Below, one piece after another: positions 8,319 to 15,110 of a stretch of DNA of 32,000 nucleotides. The translations under genes and the position numbers were made by a program. Where the stretch lies: NCBI GenBank assembly GCA_050181915.1, contig JBFXCS010000002.1, positions 481,820 to 513,819 on the forward strand, written 5' to 3'. Each line of letters begins with the position of its first letter. Position 1 is the first letter of the stretch. The notes under the pieces were generated by a model that made no database searches, was not told where the DNA came from, and was given only the letters and a program-made list of their open reading frames with translations. The DNA comes from Thermoleophilia bacterium. Lineage in GTDB: Bacteria; Actinomycetota; Thermoleophilia; Miltoncostaeales; Miltoncostaeaceae.

Positions 8319-8920
8319 GGCCGGCCCCCGATCCGACGAGCTGCACCCCGGGCCGCCGAAGCGGCGCGGTAGGCCCTCGCGGCGTCCGCCGGGCTCCCGG
8401 ACCGCTCGGCCCGTTCGCCGACCGCGGAGAGCCGCTCCGCCTCGCGCTCGAGCTCGGCGATCGCCCAGGCGCGTGGGCTGCCAGCCGGTGGGGGCGGAGG
8501 GTCGTCGCCATCGCCGGGCGCGCGCGGCCGAGCCGCCCGGCGATGGCCCGGGCGGCCGTGGGGTGTGCGGGCGCGGGCCGGCCCCCGTCCTACGGCACTG
8601 GCCGCGTCGAGGTCGCGCAGTCGTAGCCGCAGGACTACGCGCCAGCGGCAGAAGGCCTCGCGGCGCTGGCGGGCCAGGCGCTCGACCTCATCGGCGTGAC
8701 CGTGATGCTGACGGTGGCGCCATCCGTCGGCTGTTGCCTCGGCGGCGAGCTGCCAGGTGCCTTCGTGGTGGTCGACGCGGTCGAGGACATCATCCACGTC
8801 TACACCGAACAGGTGTGCCACGGAGCGCGGCTCCTCGCCGGCCGCGACCCACCTGGCCGCCGCGTCGAGCGCCGCCTCCTCGGCGAGCCGCGCACCGGCG
8901 GCGCGCAGGGCGGCGACCAT
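8315..8920 (-). CDS. hypothetical protein of the mobile-element module
   Basis: High GC3 from the first canonical in-frame ATG (8918-8920). The upstream part of the 289-aa ORF crosses the AT-richer intergenic region. Coupled by GTGA to the excisionase-like gene. Confidence 0.4.
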   Translation of the reverse strand: MVAALRAAGARLAEEAALDAAARWVAAGEEPRSVAHLFGVDVDDVLDRVDHHEGTWQLAAEATADGWRHRQHHGHADEVERLARQRREAFCRWRVVLRLRLRDLDAASAVGRGPARARTPHGRPGHRRAARPRAPGDGDDPPPPPAGSPRAWAIAELEREAERLSAVGERAERSGSPADAARAYRAASAARGAARRIGGRP

Positions 8921-9138
8921 GGCCGCGTCGTCAACCAGGGTGGTCGGGATCAGGTTCGCCGGCGATGCCGGCGACGGGGCGCTTGACCCCGGGTCTAGCG
9001 CGTTGATCGTGCGCTCATGAACATCTCTCCCGTGAGTGCGTTGCGGCCCGCTCCGTTGCTGACTCCGGGGCGGGCCGCCTTGATTTTTACGGAGCACTTG
9101 TAGCACCCTCTGCGCGGCACAGAATATCGCCAATAGCA

Positions 9139-9218
9139 GGTGATTCACATACGCACACCTAAGGTGACGTATCGGGTGATTCACCTATTCACATCTAAAG
9201 TGACGAGAGGAGATTCAC
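9139..9218. promoter_or_regulatory. iteron/operator-like repeats: two 31-bp direct repeats and three GTGAnTCAC-type palindromes
   Basis: GGTGATTCACATACGCACACCTAAGGTGACG (9139-9169) versus GGTGATTCACCTATTCACATCTAAAGTGACG (9175-9205), 26/31 identical. Core copies are GTGATTCAC at 9140 and 9176 and GAGATTCAC at 9210. This is the locally AT-richest stretch, between divergent genes. Confidence 0.55.
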
Positions 9219-9220
9219 GG

Positions 9221-9568
9221 GTGAGCACCGACACTGCCGCGCCTGTCGAGATCATCAACGAAGCGGTCAACGTGATCCGCCGCCCGCCTTCCCACCTCCT
9301 GCGCCCGTTCGGCGACGCGGTTCAGGCCGAAGTCCGCCGCCGCGCCGACGATCTTGCGAGGGATCCGGACTGGCTCACCTGCGCCGAGGCGGCCCGCCGC
9401 GCGGGCGTGGGCGGCCGCGCGAGTGGGGGCTCGAACCTCGGACATCCGCCGGGCTCCGCAGATCCGGGACGCCATCGTAGGCGACCCGCCGCCGGCACCG
9501 GTACCTGCGCCGTCCGGTCCGCGCGGGTACGGTCCCCCGCGACTGAAGGCATTCGTTCCTTTTGTTGA
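9221..9568 (+). CDS. hypothetical protein (possible degenerate HTH)
   Basis: GTG start 8 nt after the RBS GAGAGGAG. GC3 is high up to about 9420 (..DWLTCAEAARRAGV, HTH-like) and poor afterwards. Confidence 0.35.
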   Translation: MSTDTAAPVEIINEAVNVIRRPPSHLLRPFGDAVQAEVRRRADDLARDPDWLTCAEAARRAGVGGRASGGSNLGHPPGSADPGRHRRRPAAGTGTCAVRSARVRSPATEGIRSFC

Positions 9569-9569
9569 A

Positions 9570-9602
9570 TTGACAAGTGGCATGGCATCCGCGTGCTATC
9601 CT
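9570..9602 (+). promoter_or_regulatory. candidate promoter of the defence operon
   Basis: Consensus -35 TTGACA at 9570-9575. The downstream candidates TGCTAT (18-nt spacer) and TATCCT (21-nt spacer) are both imperfect. Confidence 0.3.
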
Positions 9603-9627
9603 GGCAGACACGATGGAGGGGAACCCG

Positions 9628-9972
9628 ATGACCGACGAGCTTCAGCGCCGACAGGAGATCGGCCGCAACATCCGCGCCGCCCGCGACCGGGAGGGCCTCA
9701 CCCTCCAGGAGCTCGCCGCGCGCGTCGGCGGCGACGCGTCGCGCCTCAGCCGGATCGAGAGCGGGGGGAGGGGCATCGACAGCGTCCTGCTGTTCGACAT
9801 CGCCGACGCCCTCGATGTGTCGGTCGACTCGCTCCTTGTGAGCGGGCGCTTGGCGGCGTTCGCCCGGGGCGAGCGCCAGCCGGGTGAGGACGACCCCCAC
9901 GTGCGCTGGGGGATGCGGATGATCGAGGAGATCCAAGCCGCCGAGCGCCTCGTGAGGCGATATGGCCTCTGA
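9628..9972 (+). CDS. XRE-family helix-turn-helix regulator (CapH/ImmR-like)
   Basis: ATG at 9628, 8 nt after the RBS GGAGGGG. IGRNIRAARDREGLTLQELAARVGGDASRLSRIESGGR is a canonical XRE HTH. Overlaps the next gene by 11 nt. Confidence 0.8.
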   Translation: MTDELQRRQEIGRNIRAARDREGLTLQELAARVGGDASRLSRIESGGRGIDSVLLFDIADALDVSVDSLLVSGRLAAFARGERQPGEDDPHVRWGMRMIEEIQAAERLVRRYGL

Positions 9973-10756
9973 CCTTCGCCCGGAGCCGCCCTGGCTGGCC
10001 GGAGAGCGCGCCGCGCGCGCGCTGCGCTTCGAGCTCGGCCTCGGCCACGGGCCGATCGACATCTATGACGTCATCGAGCAGCGCGGCGTGGCGATCGCCT
10101 TCCGTGATCTGGGAGGCGACGACGGGCGCTACATCTTCCACAACGGCAAGGGGCTGATCCTCGTCACCTCCACCTGCGAGGAGGCCTCGCGGCAGCGGTT
10201 CACCGCCGCGCACGAGCTCGGGCATCACGAGCTGCACCGCTTCGACGCCAACGGCGAGGTCGAGACAATTCTGATCGACAAGACGGTCCTCGGCACCGGC
10301 GGCGACGCGCGCGAGCAGGCGGCCAACTCGTTCGCGGCGCGGCTGCTGCTGCCGACCGAGGCCCTTGAGGCGCGCTTTTCGGAGCGGCAGGACGTCACCG
10401 TCGAGCAGGTCGGCGAGCTCATGGACCGCTTCGGGCTCTCCTACACGGCGACCGTGTTCATGCTCCACAACGCCGGCCGGATCAGCAACGCCCGCCGTGA
10501 CGCTCTGCGCCGCGAGGGCGAGGGTCTCGTGCACCGGCTGTCGGCCCGCTCGGAGGAGCCGCGCAAGGCCGAGCCGCCGCACGAGCTTCAGCGCCAGCTG
10601 GCCAAGCTTTACCGGGCCGGGCTGGTGCCCGCCGAGCGCCTGGCGGAGCTCACCGGCATGTCGGTGGAGCAGGTCGCCGAGGAGTACGGCCCGCCCGAGG
10701 AGCCGGAGACCGACATCGGCAACCTCCTGCGCGAGATCGAGGGCGAGGAGGCCTGA
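9962..10756 (+). CDS. ImmA/IrrE-family (M78) zinc metallopeptidase (CapP/ImmA-like)
   Basis: HEXXH motif in FTAAHELGHHELH, downstream EQAANSFAARLLLP, and the typical XRE-ImmA gene pair. Confidence 0.85.
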   Translation: MASDLRPEPPWLAGERAARALRFELGLGHGPIDIYDVIEQRGVAIAFRDLGGDDGRYIFHNGKGLILVTSTCEEASRQRFTAAHELGHHELHRFDANGEVETILIDKTVLGTGGDAREQAANSFAARLLLPTEALEARFSERQDVTVEQVGELMDRFGLSYTATVFMLHNAGRISNARRDALRREGEGLVHRLSARSEEPRKAEPPHELQRQLAKLYRAGLVPAERLAELTGMSVEQVAEEYGPPEEPETDIGNLLREIEGEEA

Positions 10757-10758
10757 CC

Positions 10759-11421
10759 GTGGAGGAGGCCCTCGACCCGGAGGATCTCGAGGTGGGCACC
10801 GATACGTCGGTGCTCATCGACCTCGCCGAGGGCAAGGTGTTCCAGGGCCTCCACGAGCTCTTTCCGGCTGTCGGGCTGCCCGGCATGGTCAAGCAGGAGC
10901 TCGAGCGGCGCACCTCGCGCCTCAACACCATGGTTCTCGCCGCCGACTGGCTCGTCCCCATCCGGGCCGAGGAGCCCGAGGACCTCGGGTTCATCGCCGA
11001 CCTGCACCGCAGCCTGGGAGGCCCGCCCAAGAACGCCGGCGAGGCGGAGCTGATCGCGCTCGCGCGGCGCCACGACTGGGTCGCCCTGATCGAGGACAAC
11101 GCCCGCAGGGTGGCGATCCGCGAGGGCGTGCACGTGATCCGCCTGAGCACCCTCGCCGCCGCCGCGGCCGCCTGCGAGGTCGTCCCGGTCGACCGCGCCT
11201 GGGGCCTTCACCGCGGGTTCCACATGCGCCGCCCACCGCAGCGGATGCCGGCGATCGGCACCACGCCGGCTGACCGCGACCGCTTCGACCGAGCGGTCGA
11301 CGCGATCGGAGTCCTGGCTGGCCATCGCGGGCGCCCCGCCTGGCCCGGGCTCCTGCGCCATCCGACCCTCAAGCCCGGCCAGCTCGATGAGCTCGTGCGC
11401 CAGATCGGCGAGCGGCCGTGA
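10759..11421 (+). CDS. PIN-like (DUF3368-type) predicted nuclease with a ~70-aa C-terminal extension
   Basis: GTG start 2 nt after the ImmA stop, RBS GAGGAGG. Acidic PIN-like positions: GTDTSVLIDL, NAGEAELIALARRHDWVALIEDNARRVAIREGVHVIRLSTL. Confidence 0.55.
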   Translation: MEEALDPEDLEVGTDTSVLIDLAEGKVFQGLHELFPAVGLPGMVKQELERRTSRLNTMVLAADWLVPIRAEEPEDLGFIADLHRSLGGPPKNAGEAELIALARRHDWVALIEDNARRVAIREGVHVIRLSTLAAAAAACEVVPVDRAWGLHRGFHMRRPPQRMPAIGTTPADRDRFDRAVDAIGVLAGHRGRPAWPGLLRHPTLKPGQLDELVRQIGERP

Positions 11422-12656
11422 CGAGCACCGCGCCGATGCCGGGCGCGGCCGTCCGACCCGCGGACGGCGAGCCCCTGCGCGCGTTCGCCTCCTACAGCTG
11501 GAAGGCGCCCGCGGACATCGAGAGCATCGCCCGGCTCGTCATCGAGCTCCGCCTGCGCGGCTTCGTCACCTTCAGGGATGCAGAGGCGATGCCGCCGGCG
11601 GGTGGCATCGAGGCGGTCATCCGCGCCGAGCTCGCCCGCAGCACGGTCTTCGTGCCGTATTTGACCCCCGACTCGCTCGAGAGCGACCCGGTCGTCGACC
11701 TCGAGTTCCACACCGCCGCCGAGCTCCGGCGCCTGCAGGGCTCACCCGTCGTCCTGCCCGTGGCGCGCAACCTCGGCACGGACCGCAACAAGCTCACCAC
11801 GGCGACCTGGGCCCGCCTGCAGCATGACTTCTCCGCTCAATGGAACACGTTCCCCGGGCCCGGCGACGGACCACTCGATCTCGCCGACGCCGCCGCCCAC
11901 GCGAACAACGCGCTCCGCGCGAGCTTCGCCGAGGGCGCCGGGCCCGCGGACGGATGCTGGGAGCTGGGCCTGGCGACCCGCGGTGAGCGGCCGCCGCCCA
12001 CCCAGCTGACCGTCGATGCGACTGGCCTCGTCGGCGGTCCGGATGCCCGAGCCGGGTCTCTGGAGGACTGGGAGAGGATCTTCGCGGGCCTCTGCGACCT
12101 GAAGCGGGCCCTCACCGCCCATGGCCGCCGCCGCCGGATCCTTCTTCGCCCGGCCTGCCATCTGAGCGCCGCCCTCGCCGTCGGTTGGGTGTTCCGCCGG
12201 GCGGCCGGCTGGCGGCTGGAGGTGGCACATGAGGACGTCGAATGCCGCTCCTCCGACACGCTCGAGCACCCGGGGCTCGTGGTCACACGCGACTACGGCG
12301 CCTTCAGCGCCCGCGGCGGGCGCCTCGTCGTCTGCATCGACCTGGTTCCGCGCGGTATCCGCGACAGCGTCATCCGGGCGCAGGCCGCCGCGCCGCGGGC
12401 GGTGCTGTCGATCAGCGCCGCCGACGGCTCCCTCCGGATCCCGGTCGACGAGCTCGGCGCGATGGCTGGCGCCGCCGCGGCGGCGATCAAGGACCTCCGC
12501 GGCGAGACCCACGCCGAGGAGGTCGCCCTCTACCTGGCGAGTCCCGCACCCTTCGCGGCGCTTCTCGGCGCCGAGTTCGGCGCGCTCGGCTGCCCGCTGC
12601 TGCTGCACGAGCACGACAACGCCACCTACCAGCCCTCCATCGTGATCCCGGGGTGA
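11418..12656 (+). CDS. TIR-SAVED fusion protein (predicted cyclic-oligonucleotide-activated NADase effector)
   Basis: The N-terminal ~130 aa are TIR-like: FASYSWK...LRGFVTFRDAE...STVFVPYLTPDSLESDPVVDLEF. The C-terminal ~280 aa resemble SAVED: ILLRPACHLSAALAVGWVFRR...ALYLASPAPFAALLGAEFG. GTGA overlap with the PIN-like gene. Confidence 0.7.
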   Translation: MTSTAPMPGAAVRPADGEPLRAFASYSWKAPADIESIARLVIELRLRGFVTFRDAEAMPPAGGIEAVIRAELARSTVFVPYLTPDSLESDPVVDLEFHTAAELRRLQGSPVVLPVARNLGTDRNKLTTATWARLQHDFSAQWNTFPGPGDGPLDLADAAAHANNALRASFAEGAGPADGCWELGLATRGERPPPTQLTVDATGLVGGPDARAGSLEDWERIFAGLCDLKRALTAHGRRRRILLRPACHLSAALAVGWVFRRAAGWRLEVAHEDVECRSSDTLEHPGLVVTRDYGAFSARGGRLVVCIDLVPRGIRDSVIRAQAAAPRAVLSISAADGSLRIPVDELGAMAGAAAAAIKDLRGETHAEEVALYLASPAPFAALLGAEFGALGCPLLLHEHDNATYQPSIVIPG

Positions 12657-12658
12657 CC

Positions 12659-13627
12659 ATGACCGCCGACGCCTACTACCGCCAACTGCTGAAGGACATC
12701 GCCGTTCCGATGGAGGACATCGAGGCCGCCCGCGAGGCGCGCGACGACCTCGGCGCCGCGGCCGTCGAGATCCTGAAGGGCTGGGGCCTCGGGTCCCCGG
12801 GGTTCTTCGCCGCCGGCGCGCTCGCGGCTGGCACCCAGATCGCCCCCCTGAACGACGTGGATCTCGTCGTTCGGGCGAACAAGATCCGCACTGGTTGGAA
12901 GGACGCGCCGCGGAGGGCGCTCGAGGACCTCTGCGTGGCGATGGGTGCGGTCGGCTATACCTGCGAGACCGGCGCCCACGCGGTCAAGGTGATGTTGCCC
13001 GGTGAGCGGTTCACCGCCGACGTCGTCTTCGGGTGCGTACATCCCGAGCAGGGTCTGTGGATCCCGCACTGCCCCAAGGGCGAGGTGCCGGCCTGGATCC
13101 GGACCGACCCGAAGGCGCACCGCGACCAGGTCAAGCAGCGCAATCGTGACCTCGGGGTCGAGTTCGCGCGGGAGATCCGGATCGCGAAGGCGCTGAACCG
13201 CAAATGGGCGCTCGCCGACGCTGAGGGCCGAAAGCCGCTCAGCTCGTTCCACATGACCGCGCTCGCGCTCGCCCTCATCACAACACCGGTCGACCACGCC
13301 CGGACAACCCCGCGCTTCCTCGAGGCGGCGGCCCGCCGTGTCCTGACACCCATGCGCGACCCGGCCGGCGTCGGACCCGATCTCGAGGCCCGGGACCCCG
13401 CCCGTGCGTCAGCCCTGCTGGCGGAGGCGGCTCGGCTCACCCGCGAGGCCCTCGCGGCCGGCGACGACGCCGAGCGGATCCTGCGCACGGTGTTCGGGGA
13501 TCCGGCGACCACGACCGGTCTCGCGGCAGGCAGGCGAGCGAGCGTCGTGGTCGGCGGGACGCTCGCCCTCGGCACGGCGGGCCGGGCGGTCGGGATGGGT
13601 CGCTCCTATGGGGACCTGGCCCGCTAG
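12659..13627 (+). CDS. CD-NTase / SMODS-type nucleotidyltransferase (second-messenger synthase)
   Basis: ATG 2 nt after the TIR-SAVED stop. Pol-beta NTase signature GALAAGTQIAPLNDVDLVV (G[SA]x10DxD), third acidic residue in FTADVVFG, then WIRTDPKAH and IRIAKALNRKW as in CD-NTases. Confidence 0.75.
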   Translation: MTADAYYRQLLKDIAVPMEDIEAAREARDDLGAAAVEILKGWGLGSPGFFAAGALAAGTQIAPLNDVDLVVRANKIRTGWKDAPRRALEDLCVAMGAVGYTCETGAHAVKVMLPGERFTADVVFGCVHPEQGLWIPHCPKGEVPAWIRTDPKAHRDQVKQRNRDLGVEFAREIRIAKALNRKWALADAEGRKPLSSFHMTALALALITTPVDHARTTPRFLEAAARRVLTPMRDPAGVGPDLEARDPARASALLAEAARLTREALAAGDDAERILRTVFGDPATTTGLAAGRRASVVVGGTLALGTAGRAVGMGRSYGDLAR

Positions 13628-14315
13628 CGCCAGCCGCCGGGCCGGCGGCCGATCCCACGCGCGCCGCCGGCGGCACCTCGCCCGCCAGCGCCTGCATCGC
13701 GTCCAGCGCCGTGCGCTGCGCCACCTGCGGCGGGCGAAGGCTCGCCGGAAAGCCCGCCCTTGGCGCGGCTGGTGGGAGCGGCATCCGCTCGACCTTGTGG
13801 CGCTCGAGGCCGGCTTTCCTCCCGAGTACGCGGGTTTCGAGCGTCGGATCGTCGGCCGTGCGCTCGTCTACAACGGGATCGTCGAGGTGCCGGACGTCGG
13901 TGCGCGCCGTCTGGCACTCATCTTCGCCGAGCGGCCGGGGCTGCGCGCGCCGATCGTGATGGCCGACGGGCCGCGTCGCTCCCGCCACCGCTACCGCTGG
14001 GCGCGGCCCACCTCCCTCTGCATCTGGCACCCCGATGATCCGCCGCCGGATCGCTGGAGCCTGCGCGAGGGGCTCGTTGGACTCATCGACCGAGCGCGGG
14101 TGCACCTGTTCCTCGAGGCGTGGTGGCGGGTGAGCGGCCGGTGGGACGCCCCCGAGGTCCATCGCGAGCCCCGGGGCGATGAGCGCGCAGGGGCGGGACG
14201 GGTCCGCCGAAAGGTTGCTCGCCAGTGGTGCTGGTGCGGAACTCGCCGCTACAGCGCATGCCACGGGGCGATCTCCGAGGCCAGCGAACTCACGGCCGTA
14301 GGCCTCGGCGGCTGA
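13608..14315 (+). CDS. E2/UBC-like protein with a C-terminal SEC-C zinc-knuckle motif
   Basis: HRYRWARPTSLCIWHPDDPPPDRWS resembles the E2 HPN...C...W core, after a beta-meander-like YNGIVEVPDVGARRLALIF. The C-terminus CWCGTRRYSACHG matches the SEC-C pattern. The start is uncertain: ATG at 13608 overlaps the cyclase by 20 nt, and the next in-frame GTG is at about 13797. Confidence 0.45.
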   Translation: MGTWPASASRRAGGRSHARRRRHLARQRLHRVQRRALRHLRRAKARRKARPWRGWWERHPLDLVALEAGFPPEYAGFERRIVGRALVYNGIVEVPDVGARRLALIFAERPGLRAPIVMADGPRRSRHRYRWARPTSLCIWHPDDPPPDRWSLREGLVGLIDRARVHLFLEAWWRVSGRWDAPEVHREPRGDERAGAGRVRRKVARQWCWCGTRRYSACHGAISEASELTAVGLGG

Positions 14316-14386
14316 CCCGGCCGGCGCCCGCCGGCGCGTTGCGAACACCCGCGTCCACGTCAGCGGCGCCGGTTAGGGTGGGCTTC

Positions 14387-14612
14387 ATGGCCACCTCCGT
14401 GACGCTTCCCAACGGCGAGGGCGAGTTGCCCTTCGCACGCACCCTGTTCGAGGCATGCGATCGGCTCCGCGGGCATGTGGAGTTGGCCGAGTACAACACT
14501 TGGTGCTCGGCCTGATCTTCCTGAAGCACATCTCCGACGCCTTCGAGCGCCGGCGCGCCGCACTCGACGCCGAGACCGGCCGCCCCGAGTCCGCCCTCTA
14601 CACCGAGGAGGG
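14387..14612 (+). pseudogene. hsdM: type I restriction-modification methylase (HsdM) 5' fragment, frameshifted and truncated
   Basis: LFEACDRLRGHVELAEYN continues in another frame as HLVLGLIFLKHISDAFERRRAALDAE, the HsdM N-terminal signature. This implies a 1-nt deletion near 14495-14498. Similarity ends at about 14611-14625. Confidence 0.6.
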
Positions 14613-15060
14613 CGCGAGCGGTGCGGTCCGCTGTGGATGCGGTGGCCGACCCGTTCGATGCGGCCGAGCTTCTTGACGTCGATGTGGATCAGCTCGCCGG
14701 GATGGGCGCCGTCGTGGGTGGCGGGTAGGCAGTTAAGGCCCGAGCGGGTGAGCACCGCCCGCACGGTGCGCTCGGCAACGCCGAAGTCGCCGCGATGCGG
14801 GTGCCACTGAACCGCAGTTCGCGCAGCGCGCAGATCGCGTCCTCAACCTCGGCCGGTGTCCGGTGGGCAGCCGGGTGGGCTGCCGGGGGGCGGTCCTCCA
14901 GGTCGTGGTCGCCGGCCCGCCGGCGGCGCCCAGCCACTCCCGGGCGCGGCGCTCGTTCAGGCCGGCCGCCTCGGCGGCCTGCCTGAGCGTCCATCCCTCA
15001 TCCTCGACGGCACAACAACCGTCGTGAGGCCGGGCACGTCCTGGCGTTCTGATGAAGTGT
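14613..15060 (-). mobile_element. IS481-family transposase pseudogene (N-terminal part only, several frameshifts)
   Basis: Pieces lie in three frames on the minus strand: LHQNARTCPASRRLL; VEDEGWTLRQAAEAAGLNERRAREWL; RTPAEVEDAICALRE; ERTVRAVLTRSGLNCL...PGELIHIDVKKLGRIERVGHRIH. The DDE core after that point is missing. Confidence 0.6.
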
Positions 15061-15110
15061 CACCGCCGGGTCTCCTCTTGGCAGGTTGCTCGGCTCGCAA
15101 CCCGAAGCCT

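Noticed and set aside
9354-9887. An alternative frame suggests a frameshift in the 9221 gene. GC3 improves in the 9354 frame after about 9420 (ARTSDIRRAPQIRDAIVGDPPP...).
   Set aside because: That frame has no stop until 9887 and would run through the promoter-like region and the XRE gene. I cannot tell from sequence alone whether this is a decayed gene or chance, so I kept the simple 9221-9568 call at low confidence.
15084-15102. A hairpin GGTTGC-N7-GCAACC downstream of the LuxR gene, as a possible terminator or IS end.
   Set aside because: The stem is only 6 bp with no supporting features, and no recognisable IS481 terminal inverted repeat could be identified.
14316-15110. Search for an attR-type direct repeat of the tRNA-Thr 3' half at the right side of the island.
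   Set aside because: Reading by eye, I found no convincing copy of GGTTCGAGTCCCCGCGTCGGCT. The only weak resemblance is at about 13836 inside a coding region. A computed repeat search is needed.
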